From: an uncultured Paludibacter sp.
Lineage (GTDB): Bacteria; Bacteroidota; Bacteroidia; Bacteroidales; Paludibacteraceae
NCBI GenBank assembly: GCA_964466415.1
Contig: CAYXQZ010000003.1
Coordinates: 1 to 46,582 of the forward strand
Reading direction: 5' to 3'
Length of the DNA stretch: 46,582 nt
Shown here: positions 37,542 through 46,505 of the stretch, piece after piece
Numbering within the stretch: the stretch's first letter is position 1
How the letters are laid out: each line of letters starts with the position of its first letter
Position numbers and translations under genes: made by a program
Notes under the pieces: generated by a model
What the model was told of the DNA's origin: nothing
Seen by the model: only the letters and a program-made list of their open reading frames with translations
Databases searched by the model: none

Positions 37542-38144
37542 TTACCGCTGTTTAATATCGTTCAGTTCCACAAGTTTATTTACAATGGCATAAATGGTAA
37601 GGCCAGCTGTACTGTGAATTTCGAGTTTTCGGGCAATATTGCGTCGGTGTGTAATTACAGTGTGAGCCGATAAAAATAGATTCGATGCAATTTCTTTGTT
37701 TGTAAAACCTTTCACAACGCCTACAATAATTTCTTTTTCGCGCACACTAAGTACTTGCGATTCTTCTTGCTCCGTATTTGTAATCTCAAAAATATGATCA
37801 AGTTTCTGTTTTATAGTATCTGTATCGTCGTATAGATTAATGGAATTGTCGTATTTCTCAAGGGCTTTCTCGTCGATCATGCCACTTATCAACGCCACAA
37901 ACCGCATTTGGGTTTGACTGTTTTCGGTCTTCAGTTTTTCAACGTCAATCAACCCCCAATACGTTGGATTTATAATCACAATGTCGGGTTTTTGAGTGCG
38001 TATATTATTGGCTAATAGTTCAATGGAATTAACCTCAAACGAATGAACATGATAGCCCTGAATGCGTTTTAGCAGGCTCGATATTCCAGCTCGGATTATG
38101 GCCGACGGCTCAGCAATGGCAATTTTTACAATTACATCCGTCAT
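37542..38144 (-). CDS. LuxR/GerE-HTH transcriptional regulator with degenerate receiver domain
   Basis: LSVREKEII..GFTNKEIASNLFLSAHTVITHRRNIARKL; the receiver has IIINP where the phospho-Asp is expected. Confidence 0.92.
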   Translation of the reverse strand: MTDVIVKIAIAEPSAIIRAGISSLLKRIQGYHVHSFEVNSIELLANNIRTQKPDIVIINPTYWGLIDVEKLKTENSQTQMRFVALISGMIDEKALEKYDNSINLYDDTDTIKQKLDHIFEITNTEQEESQVLSVREKEIIVGVVKGFTNKEIASNLFLSAHTVITHRRNIARKLEIHSTAGLTIYAIVNKLVELNDIKQR

Positions 38145-38848
38145 GATTTAGTAGTGTTAAAACGTTTGTTTTCAATAGCTTCTACTACAGGAACAAAAAA
38201 GAAATCTTCAACCATATTATGAGCAGCAAGATCTTTTTCGCACCAGAGCAATTCAACCAATACATCATTCAGTTTATAATTGACCATTTCGGCCGGATGG
38301 TATTTTATAAGTATGTTTTTTAATTCGGCAATTTTAGAGTCAACATCCGTGTGATGGTCTTCAAAATCAGCAATACGATATGCGCCTGTTTTAGAGCCAT
38401 TAAGGAGCTTTAATACATACGGAAAAACGGTTTTGTCTTCGTATTCGATGTGTTTTTTTACTTCCTCCACATATTCGTCGAAAAACTGCAAAAGCACTAT
38501 CTTATAGGCATGTAATTGTTCGTCTTCAAGCACAGCTTCGTTTAACTTCTCACGCAAAATGGGCATTTTGAAACTTAAAAAATAAACATGTGCATTTTTA
38601 AGATAACTTATTACTGTTTCGATAGATAGCTGATCTACAACATCATTAATCTCAACATTTTCTTCGGCCAAAAAATTCATCACCGCCAAAAACGTAAAAC
38701 AGTCAATATTGTTTGCTTTACAAGCTTCTTCCACCGTTTTATCGCCCAAACCAAGCGAAATACCAAACCTGCTTATGGACGATAGCAACGACGAATCGTT
38801 GTTTATCATGTCGAACATACGTGTACGTGCCGTAAATTTGTGTTGCAT
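38141..38848 (-). CDS. Hemerythrin-domain (ScdA/RIC-like) protein
   Basis: RFGISLGLGDKTVEEAC, YLKNAHVYF, HIEYEDKTVFPY, HNMVEDFFFVP; 4-bp overlap with the LuxR gene. Confidence 0.85.
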   Translation of the reverse strand: MQHKFTARTRMFDMINNDSSLLSSISRFGISLGLGDKTVEEACKANNIDCFTFLAVMNFLAEENVEINDVVDQLSIETVISYLKNAHVYFLSFKMPILREKLNEAVLEDEQLHAYKIVLLQFFDEYVEEVKKHIEYEDKTVFPYVLKLLNGSKTGAYRIADFEDHHTDVDSKIAELKNILIKYHPAEMVNYKLNDVLVELLWCEKDLAAHNMVEDFFFVPVVEAIENKRFNTTKS

Positions 38849-38963
38849 ACCGTTTTTTTATTGCAAAGGTCGATATTTTATTGCTGATATACAATACCTT
38901 ATTGTTGGTATTTTGTTAGCTTGTCGGAAATGTGTATTTTTGTGGATAAATATTCAAAAAAGC

Positions 38964-40244
38964 ATGTCCCAATTAATTTCAATCCCTGAGCGCCACCAGA
39001 TTCTCGAACTTATTAAACACGAAGTTACACCTGCAGTTGGCTGCACGGAGCCTATAGCTGTGGCACTAGCCGTGGCTAAAGTAGCTGGACTTTTGGATGG
39101 CATACCGCAGCAAATGGAGCTTTTTTTGAGTGCCAATGTGCTTAAAAACGCTATGGGAGTTGGCATTCCTGGAACAGGCATGTCGGGTTTACCCATTGCT
39201 ATTGCTATGGGAGCCATAGTGGCCAAGCCCGAACTTGGTCTCGAAATTCTCAAAGATCTTACGGCTGAAAGTATTGCATTGGGCAAAGAACTTGTGAGTA
39301 CAAAGTTTTTCCAGTTGAATTTGAAAGAAGATATCGACGAAAAGCTTTATATTCAGGTTATTGGACACCTAAATTCGCATCGTGCCGAAGTAATTATTAG
39401 CAAGGATCACACGCGTTTTTCGTTTTTGCAATACGACGATGAAGTTTTACTGAAAATTGACGAAGCGAAATTACTACGCGAAAATGCATCTTCACTCCAA
39501 CTTAGTTTCGATAAAGTATATGCCTTTGCGCTCGAAACACCACTTTCGGATATCGAATTTATAATTAAAACCGTTGAGTTAAATAAAGCTGCGGCTCAGG
39601 AGTCGCTCAAAGGTACTTACGGACATAGTGTGGCGCAAACTTTAGCCAATGGAATGATGGGCAATACCGTTTTTACACGTATGCTTTCGGTAACTGCTGC
39701 TGCTTGCGATGCGCGTATGGCTGGTGCTTTGTTTCCTGTTATGAGTAATTCGGGCAGTGGCAATCAAGGTATTGCTGCTACATTGCCAGTATCGGTTTTT
39801 GCTGAGGAATCGGGCAAATCGCACGAAGAACTTATCAGAGCCTTGGTGTTAAGTCACCTTATGACCATTTACATGAAACAAAGTTTGGGCAGACTCTCGG
39901 GTTTATGTGGCGCTGTGTTGGCAGCTACAGGTGCAGCATGTGGCATTACCTATTTGATGGGTGGTTCACACATTCAAATTGGCTATTCGGTAAAAAACAT
40001 GATTGGCAATATTACCGGTATGATATGCGATGGTGCTAAACCCAGTTGCGCACTGAAAGTGTCAAACGGTGTGTCGACCGCTACACTTTCAGCATTATTG
40101 GCAATGGATAATAAAGTGGTATCTGATGTAGAAGGAATTATCGACGAAAGTGTGGACAAAACCATTCTTAACCTCACCAAAATTGGGCGCGATGGCATGA
40201 ATGAAACCGACCGCATGGTACTTGATATTATGACCAGTAAGTAA
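38964..40244 (+). CDS. yhaM: YhaM/CdsB-type Fe-S L-cysteine desulfidase (serine dehydratase alpha-like)
   Basis: PAVGCTEPIAVA, KNAMGVGIPGTG, DARMAG, MSNSGSGNQG, GMICDGAKPSCALKVS. Start moved to ATG 38964, with a -7 box TATTTTTG at 38935. Confidence 0.88.
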   Translation: MSQLISIPERHQILELIKHEVTPAVGCTEPIAVALAVAKVAGLLDGIPQQMELFLSANVLKNAMGVGIPGTGMSGLPIAIAMGAIVAKPELGLEILKDLTAESIALGKELVSTKFFQLNLKEDIDEKLYIQVIGHLNSHRAEVIISKDHTRFSFLQYDDEVLLKIDEAKLLRENASSLQLSFDKVYAFALETPLSDIEFIIKTVELNKAAAQESLKGTYGHSVAQTLANGMMGNTVFTRMLSVTAAACDARMAGALFPVMSNSGSGNQGIAATLPVSVFAEESGKSHEELIRALVLSHLMTIYMKQSLGRLSGLCGAVLAATGAACGITYLMGGSHIQIGYSVKNMIGNITGMICDGAKPSCALKVSNGVSTATLSALLAMDNKVVSDVEGIIDESVDKTILNLTKIGRDGMNETDRMVLDIMTSK

Positions 40245-40259
40245 CTGATTTCGTATTTA

Positions 40260-41207
40260 TTACAACCACTTTTTGCGGCGGAAATATATTAATACAATTG
40301 CCGAAAAGGTAATCATCAATCCTATCGAAAATGGATAACCGTATTTCCAATTCAACTCGGGTAAATACCTGAAATTCATTCCATACAAACTAGCAATGAG
40401 CGTTGGCGGCATAAAAATAACCGAAACTACAGTAAAAATTTTGATAATCTTATTTTGTTGCAAGTTTACCAAACCAAGGAAAGTATCCTGAAGGTAATCC
40501 AAACGGTCGAAACCAAAGCGAATGTATTCGAACAGCGAGTTAATATCTTTAATAACCATGGTTAAACGCTGTATCAAATCTTTCGGGAACAGACTGCATT
40601 TCAATAGATTAGAAACCACACGTTGTTTGTCCATTACGTTCTGACGAATCACCATAACCTTTTCCTGAAGGTCTTTGATACGAATAAGAATATCCTGATC
40701 CAAATCGTCCTCGGTGTTCAGCGTCTTACTAAGCGAAGTAATTTCGTCGGTCAGTTCCTCAATCATATCCGCATCGTATTCCACACGCGTTTCGAGGAGT
40801 GTAACCAATACATGATAGCCTGTAGGGAAGTTTTTGGTGTTGGCGTAAATCTTTTTTACCGTATCGGTGAAGGATTTAAGCTCCATATCGCGTACCGAAA
40901 CGAGAATACCGTTTTTCAGAATAAACGAAATAGGCTCAAGTGTATAATTCTCGAGCAGAAACCCCGCGTTTACAACCACACTGTCTTCGGTTTGCATAAA
41001 GCGCGAACTCATCTCAATTTCTTCAATTTCTTCATCCTCCTGGATGTAAATTTTCAGAAATTGCTCTAGCTCTGTTTCAATGGCATCGGGTACATCGTTT
41101 AGGTCAATCCAGATTAAATCTTTGAGGTCAACTTTTTTTAGTATATCGAGCGATTTCGATATTTTCAGTTTGCCACTCTCGTGGTAAAATAGCCTTAATT
41201 CTGACAT
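40260..41207 (-). CDS. corA: Magnesium/cobalt transporter CorA
   Basis: QNKIIKIFTVVSVIFMPPTLIASLYGMNF (GMN signature), PELNWKYGY, ends RKKWL. Confidence 0.95.
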   Translation of the reverse strand: MSELRLFYHESGKLKISKSLDILKKVDLKDLIWIDLNDVPDAIETELEQFLKIYIQEDEEIEEIEMSSRFMQTEDSVVVNAGFLLENYTLEPISFILKNGILVSVRDMELKSFTDTVKKIYANTKNFPTGYHVLVTLLETRVEYDADMIEELTDEITSLSKTLNTEDDLDQDILIRIKDLQEKVMVIRQNVMDKQRVVSNLLKCSLFPKDLIQRLTMVIKDINSLFEYIRFGFDRLDYLQDTFLGLVNLQQNKIIKIFTVVSVIFMPPTLIASLYGMNFRYLPELNWKYGYPFSIGLMITFSAIVLIYFRRKKWL

Positions 41208-41336
41208 AGTGTTTTTCCTTTCTATGTTTTTGCGGATTGAAATTCGGTATTCGAATTGAAATCCCGGGTGTTGGTTAATCCATTCACCCGAAGGTTTTGA
41301 AATACTGTTTTAAAAAATCTCTTTTTGCCCTTACAC

Positions 41337-42122
41337 TTACAATTTATCCTGCAATGCAGCTTCTATTTGGTTTGTAAGTGTAACAAATGCAGCCACATCG
41401 AGTTGTTCGGGACGTTTATCGAAAAATACATCGTTAAAAATAGGATGATCTTTTGCAATAATTGGTTTCAATGAGTTGCGCAATTGCTTTCGGCGTTGGT
41501 TGAAGGCTGTTTTCACCACCGTTTTGAAGAGTTGTTCGTTACATTCAATCTTCGAAACATCGTTGCGAGTGAGGCGAATAACAGCCGATTTGACCTTTGG
41601 CGGAGGGTCGAACACATGTTCGTGAACCGTAAAAAGATAATCGATGGAATAATAAGCTTGCATAAGCACACTTAAAATACCATAAGTTTTATTTCCGGGT
41701 TTTGAAGCCATGCGTTCGGCTACTTCTTTTTGAATCATAGCTACCAAACAGGGAATTGTTTCCTTGTTTTCGAGCATTTTAAAAAATATCTGACTTGATA
41801 TATTGTATGGTAAATTGCCAATTACAAAAAACTTATCTGGAAAAAGGGTTTTTAAATCCATTTTCAGAAAATCGGCTTCGATTACATCGAGTTGAGGGTA
41901 AGTGCGATTTAAATATTCTACCGATTCGCCGTCAACTTCTACAGCTTTGAGTGTAATATCGGGTTGTTGGAGTAGAAACTGAGTAAGAACACCTGTGCCA
42001 GGTCCAATTTCAAGAACGCAGGCTGGCCCGTCGAGCGGAAGGCTCGCAGCAATACGACGTGCAACTTCCATATCCTTTAGGAAGTGCTGTCCCAAGTGTT
42101 TTTTGGCGCGTACTTGAGTCAT
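41337..42122 (-). CDS. rsmA: 16S rRNA adenine dimethyltransferase RsmA/KsgA
   Basis: AKKHLGQHFL, LEIGPGTGVLT, GNLPYNISS, MIQKEVAER, FDPPPKVKS, FNQRRK. Confidence 0.97.
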   Translation of the reverse strand: MTQVRAKKHLGQHFLKDMEVARRIAASLPLDGPACVLEIGPGTGVLTQFLLQQPDITLKAVEVDGESVEYLNRTYPQLDVIEADFLKMDLKTLFPDKFFVIGNLPYNISSQIFFKMLENKETIPCLVAMIQKEVAERMASKPGNKTYGILSVLMQAYYSIDYLFTVHEHVFDPPPKVKSAVIRLTRNDVSKIECNEQLFKTVVKTAFNQRRKQLRNSLKPIIAKDHPIFNDVFFDKRPEQLDVAAFVTLTNQIEAALQDKL

Positions 42123-42150
42123 AACTATGATAGTCGTCGGGCATGTTCTA

Positions 42151-42189
42151 AATTAAAAATTAAGAATTAAGAATTAAAAATTAAGAATT
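42151..42189. repeat. 7-bp tandem repeat AATTAA(A/G), about 5.5 copies
   Basis: AATTAAA-AATTAAG-AATTAAG-AATTAAA-AATTAAG-AATT. Confidence 0.8.
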
Positions 42190-42288
42190 GTGTTATCTTT
42201 GCAGATAAATAAAACTATATTTTTTTCATCGTGCAAAAGTAATCAAAATTGTTCGAATAATCTATTTTTTCAATTCGCAGAAGTCAAA

Positions 42289-42813
42289 ATGCCACACAAA
42301 TTAAAGACATTTACACGCCGAACTTTTAAATCGATAGGAAAATCGATTACTAAAATGGTAGATTTTTTCTATCCGCCATTTAGCAAATACATGAGTATTC
42401 GCCTTTTTAGATATGCTGTTACGGGTGGTTCCAATTTGGTATTCGACTGGATTCTGTTTTTTCTTACTTTCCATTTTATCCTCGAAAAGCAAATGCTACA
42501 TTTAGGCCTCGTTACTTTTAGTTCGCATATTGCTACCAAATTTGTAGTTTTCCCAATTACGTTTATCACGGGTTTTTTGCTTCAAAAATACGTTACTTTT
42601 CAGGCTTCGGACATCAAAGGGCGTGTGCAGTTTATCCGTTATATTTCGGTAGTGCTCGGCAATTTACTTATAAATTACCTGGGCTTAAAACTATTGGTTG
42701 ATGTGGTTGGAATTACCTACCCCAGTATTGCCAATATAATTGTGACCATTTTCACTGTTATTTTCAGCTATATATCGCAAAAAAAATATACATTCAAGAT
42801 TGCAAAAACATGA
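42289..42813 (+). CDS. GtrA family membrane protein
   Basis: FRYAVTGGSN, GFLLQKYVTF, QFIRY, SYISQKKYTF; four hydrophobic segments. Start codon uncertain. Confidence 0.85.
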   Translation: MPHKLKTFTRRTFKSIGKSITKMVDFFYPPFSKYMSIRLFRYAVTGGSNLVFDWILFFLTFHFILEKQMLHLGLVTFSSHIATKFVVFPITFITGFLLQKYVTFQASDIKGRVQFIRYISVVLGNLLINYLGLKLLVDVVGITYPSIANIIVTIFTVIFSYISQKKYTFKIAKT

Positions 42814-42852
42814 TATATGGCAAGGTTTTGCCGCTTTGATTGCAAATAATTA

Positions 42853-42873
42853 CCCCGCTCGCCGTAGCGTAAA
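42853..42873. repeat. 21-bp module, also present twice in tandem at 44858-44899
   Basis: CCCCGCTCGCCGTAGCGTAAA vs CCCCGCTCACCGTAGCTTAAA (2 mismatches). Confidence 0.8.
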
Positions 42874-42874
42874 C

Positions 42875-42972
42875 CTCGCACTGGACGCTAATCGTAGTGT
42901 CTTTCACTACGATTCCGATTACATCGGAACAAGTCTGGTTAAAATAAAAGCTCCCGCTTTTATTATTATATT
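42875..42972. repeat. Structured repeat A, copy 1
   Basis: CTCGCACTGGACGCT + 10-bp hairpin + AAAGCTCCCGCTTT..TATTATATTT; copy 2 at 43178-43252. Confidence 0.75.
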
Positions 42973-43177
42973 TGTTTTAAATGTGCAAAGCAGAGCTTTG
43001 CTTTTAACCCGACATAGGCAAAGAGCCTATGCCGAACCGTATGCATTTATCCTACGCCGAGCAAGGGACACAGAAAAGATATTTATGAATAGTCAATCAC
43101 AATGTTTATCTCCAATCTCAGTAGCTGTAAAATCGAACTCAATTTGGTCGTATGGCCACACTCTACAAAGTCTTAAT

Positions 43178-43252
43178 CTCGCGCTGGACGCTGGTCGTAC
43201 GTCTCCAGACTACGACCTGTGGAAATTAAAGCTCCGCTTTAAATATTATATT
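43178..43252. repeat. Structured repeat A, copy 2
   Basis: CTCGCGCTGGACGCT + hairpin + AAAGCTCCGCTTT..TATTATATTT. Confidence 0.75.
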
Positions 43253-43385
43253 TAATATGCCAACCAGTGTTTACATGCCGCTATGCGGTGAGGCCAGCTT
43301 CCCACCGGACGAAGTCAAAGAGACTTCTACCAGCAGAGGTTGGACAGGGTTCTTTAAATGTTTGCAAAACACTACATAACCCATA

Positions 43386-43790
43386 TTATTTTATAAATCC
43401 ATATATTACTGCTGATATAGAACCTAATAAAATACTATTAAATATATATCCCATTGCAAACTTTCCATTTCTATGAGTATACTTATCAAGCAATTTTTTA
43501 TACCTATCTTTATAAAAAATGAGTAAATAATTCAGTATTATGAAAGGTGAAGCAAAATAGATAATAAATCCAATAGCGTTTCCTAGTATACTTCCTGACA
43601 AAATATCTATTTCAACTCTAAAAAAAAATATATTAAAAAACTTTAACCATAACATCACAACCCATACATTTAGTGCGTTGCACAATGTGGTATATATAAA
43701 CAAAGTATATTTCCAATCTTTTCTATTTGGATTCTTTGTATTAATACTAACAATCGCATCAACCCAATATGTATAATAGAGATTAATCAT
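43386..43790 (-). CDS. Hypothetical AT-rich membrane protein (134 aa)
   Basis: ORF from ATG 43790 (MINLYYTYWVDAI...) with about 3 hydrophobic segments. Confidence 0.7.
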   Translation of the reverse strand: MINLYYTYWVDAIVSINTKNPNRKDWKYTLFIYTTLCNALNVWVVMLWLKFFNIFFFRVEIDILSGSILGNAIGFIIYFASPFIILNYLLIFYKDRYKKLLDKYTHRNGKFAMGYIFNSILLGSISAVIYGFIK

Positions 43791-43931
43791 AATATTTTTT
43801 AATTTAAACCATTTTGCATCATCTATACCCCGTCTCAATGGATATAGTAATTTTCGCGCCGTCGTTGGTAACCAACGGTCTTGAGCTTGCGAAAAAATGC
43901 AATCCCAACATACTGTATTCTAAGGATTTGT

Positions 43932-44154
43932 AATCCGAAATACTTGCAATTTCATATTCTTTGCAAATGGAACATGCCGATGTATCGGCAGATAATTATT
44001 TATTTTGAAAATTAAGAGGACCTGCCTGCCGCAGGCAAGTTGAAAATCCTTATAATAACTGAAGGTGGGATTACAAAATTACTCCCGTTGGTCGTGACCG
44101 CTGGTTCCCACCTGACGCTCCACCTTTTGCTTGTCTTTTAATAAAATATATCCG
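43932..44154. repeat. Repeat B, copy 1 (~220 bp)
   Basis: Shares AATCCGAAATACTTGCAAT, AGATAATTATTTATTTTGAAA, TGAAGGTGGGATT.CAAAATTACT.CCGTTGGTCGTGACCG.TGGTTCCCAC.TGACGC.CCACCTTTTG with 44956-45161. Confidence 0.9.
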
Positions 44155-44173
44155 ACTGTTCGGGTCTGAAACA

Positions 44174-44821
44174 TTACCACTCGGAACATGGATTATTGTT
44201 CTTTCTTATAAGGAGTTTTTCATTAGCTCTAATTTTATTCTCATCAACGATTAACCATTTGACATCTTCAAACACAATTCCTCTGTAGAAAGAAACAAAT
44301 AATATGTTTGTTTTATTTGACAAAAGACTGTAAGGAAGTGACTTAATACCAGAATCTACATCTTCTATCCAAAATGATTTTATGTTTTTCTTTATGGAAA
44401 ATTTTTTCTCCGTTTTCTTTAAATAGAATAATGTGTCATTTGTTCCTGTTACAATATATAAGTTATATCGAAAATTAGTATTTTGACTCAAATGAGTCGG
44501 CTCGATATAAATTCTGGAATATTTTGATTTTTTGCTATAATTTTCCCAGACTGTTATTCTTTTAGGATTAGTTGAATTTAGAATCAAAAAATTATCTTTA
44601 ATTTTCCAGCATCCATAAATATTATCAACCCCAACTCCAGCAGTTCTCGAAAAATCATCACAATACCAAAAAGTACTGTCTGATTTTAAGTCTAAAATGC
44701 TAAAAGAAAATCTATTAATGAAGTTATTTGCTGAATATGTTCCGAAAACACTTTTTTGTGAATAGGCATGACAAGATATTTCGAATAAACAAATAAGTAA
44801 TAATAAAATTTTATTTTTCAT
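44174..44821 (-). CDS. Hypothetical AT-rich exported protein (215 aa)
   Basis: N-terminal signal-like segment; LDLKSDSTF..GCWKIKDNFLILNS looks like a beta-barrel; no recognised family. Confidence 0.7.
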   Translation of the reverse strand: MKNKILLLLICLFEISCHAYSQKSVFGTYSANNFINRFSFSILDLKSDSTFWYCDDFSRTAGVGVDNIYGCWKIKDNFLILNSTNPKRITVWENYSKKSKYSRIYIEPTHLSQNTNFRYNLYIVTGTNDTLFYLKKTEKKFSIKKNIKSFWIEDVDSGIKSLPYSLLSNKTNILFVSFYRGIVFEDVKWLIVDENKIRANEKLLIRKNNNPCSEW

Positions 44822-44857
44822 AATTATTTACAATTAAATCCTCGTGAATAAAATTAC

Positions 44858-44899
44858 CCCCGCTCACCGTAGCTTAAACCCCGCTCACCGTAGCTTAAA
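44858..44899. repeat. Exact 21-bp tandem duplication
   Basis: CCCCGCTCACCGTAGCTTAAA x2. Confidence 0.9.
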
Positions 44900-44955
44900 A
44901 CTTCTCCGCTCGGCTATGCCGCTTGGCTCGCCAAGAATTGAAAATCGACGAAGTC

Positions 44956-45222
44956 AATCCGAAATACTTGCAATACCGTATCAAACACAAAGATAATTAT
45001 TTATTTTGAAAGTATAGAGGATTGCAATTTTTCGCTAGCTCAAGACCGTTGGTTCCTGATAGTAAGTGAAGGTGGGATTCCAAAATTACTACCGTTGGTC
45101 GTGACCGTTGGTTCCCACATGACGCGCCACCTTTTGTTTGTTCTTGAATAAATTAAATCCGGTTGAAGGGGAGCGGCAAATTCCCACTTGACCAACGCCA
45201 CCTTTTGTTAGTTATTGAATAA
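44956..45222. repeat. Repeat B, copy 2, plus a partial third copy (45164-45222)
   Basis: Matches copy 1. Contains a minus-strand -7 box (TATCTTTG, 44988-44995) pointing at 44174..44821. Confidence 0.88.
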
Positions 45223-45381
45223 GTTTTATCTCATTGGTTGGCAAAAACATTTTTAATTGCACAAAATTGATTTATGTTGTTGTAAATCAGTATTCTGTGG
45301 TGTACAATAATCCATCTTAAATAATCTTTATTGTAAATCAGAAGTATTTGTTTATTTTTGTGCATAAAATAATCCAAAAAC

Positions 45382-46338
45382 ATGATTTATTCTACTGGAA
45401 ATCAAAAATATACAAATAACCTGCTTTTGATTTCGAAATGGTTAGTGTTAGTCCTCACTTACTGTTTTTTGGGCTATAAATTATATACTTTTGAGCATTA
45501 TTCTGCTCTTTGGCAGCATTTCCAACAGCCAAACGTGTACCATTATATCTGGTTGGTTATTGTCATTTTATTACTTCCACTCAACATATTTTTGGAGACT
45601 GTAAAATGGCAACATTTGGTTGCGAAATCGGAAATTATCAGCTTTAAACAAGCATTGAATGCCGTTTTAGCGGGATTTTCAACTGGATTTGTCACACCAA
45701 ACCGCATAGGCGAAGTGGCTGGACGTATGCTTTACATTTCGCCTGGAAATAGAAAAGCAGCGATACTTTATTCGTTTCTGAATAGCCTGACGCAAAACTA
45801 CGTTATTGCACTTGTAGGTATTCCGGCTGCTATTATTTATTTAACAGCGCTCAGCGGAAATGCCTTTGACAGCAATAATTTTTTTCTATTTTTAGTCGGT
45901 CTATTTGTATTGTTTTTTACTGTTTTTCAATTCTTTATTCCTCCATTGCTAAACAGTAAATTTGTTACTAATAAGTTGCAGTTGAATGCCGATATTGCTC
46001 AATTTAGCGTTTCTAATCTGTTATATATTAATGCTATATCTTTAGCCCGTTTCCTTGTTTTTTCCTTTCAATTTTATGTTATATTGCTGTTTTTTGGTGT
46101 TGATATTACTGTTTTACAAGCGCTTATTTGTATTCCTTCCAGTTATTTGCTGGTCACATTTACGCCTTCGCTTGCACTGTCCGAAGCTGCTATCCGAAGT
46201 TCGTATGCAGTTACTGTGATAGGCTTTTATGCACCTCAAACGGCTGGTATTGCCTTGGCGGGATTGACATTGTGGTTGCTGAATTTTGGAATTCCTATGC
46301 TGTTTGGCAACAGATTAATATTAAAATCGCACATCTGA
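45382..46338 (+). CDS. Lysylphosphatidylglycerol synthase TM-domain (UPF0104/flippase-like) protein
   Basis: LLPLNIFLETVKW, TPNRIGEVAGR, RFLVFSFQF, LSEAAIRSS; multiple TM segments; -7 box at 45353. Confidence 0.85.
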   Translation: MIYSTGNQKYTNNLLLISKWLVLVLTYCFLGYKLYTFEHYSALWQHFQQPNVYHYIWLVIVILLLPLNIFLETVKWQHLVAKSEIISFKQALNAVLAGFSTGFVTPNRIGEVAGRMLYISPGNRKAAILYSFLNSLTQNYVIALVGIPAAIIYLTALSGNAFDSNNFFLFLVGLFVLFFTVFQFFIPPLLNSKFVTNKLQLNADIAQFSVSNLLYINAISLARFLVFSFQFYVILLFFGVDITVLQALICIPSSYLLVTFTPSLALSEAAIRSSYAVTVIGFYAPQTAGIALAGLTLWLLNFGIPMLFGNRLILKSHI

Positions 46339-46440
46339 TACATTATTACCCGAAATAATTCATTAATTTTGCATCGTTTCTTAATATTGCAAGATTAGGA
46401 TTAAAGAAAACAAGATAAAAAAAACAAAAGTAACTACAAG

Positions 46441-46505
46441 TCCCCTTTAGGGGATTTAGGGGCAGTTAAAATTATTTTCATACCGCCCCAAGCCCCTAAA
46501 GGGGA
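46441..46505. repeat. Inverted pair of REP-like palindromes
   Basis: TCCCCTTTAGGGGATTTAGGGGC ... GCCCCAAGCCCCTAAAGGGGA. Confidence 0.75.

Noticed and set aside
38709-38963. 85-aa N-terminal extension of the YhaM ORF
   Set aside because: It overlaps the divergent hemerythrin gene. A -7 box at 38935 and family similarity support ATG 38964.
40623-41069. 148-aa ORF overlapping corA, and the many other 60-150-aa ORFs antisense or out of frame within long genes
   Set aside because: Shadow ORFs with no motifs, lying inside well-supported genes.
41240-41300. Hairpins upstream of corA as a Mg2+ riboswitch
   Set aside because: The intergenic region is only ~130 bp with short stems (CGGGTG/CACCCG), and no M-box features were recognisable.
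42800-43476. Plus-strand ORFs 42800..43255 and 43267..43476
   Set aside because: They translate non-coding repeats (the repeated NLALDA peptide is repeat A) and overlap neighbouring genes.
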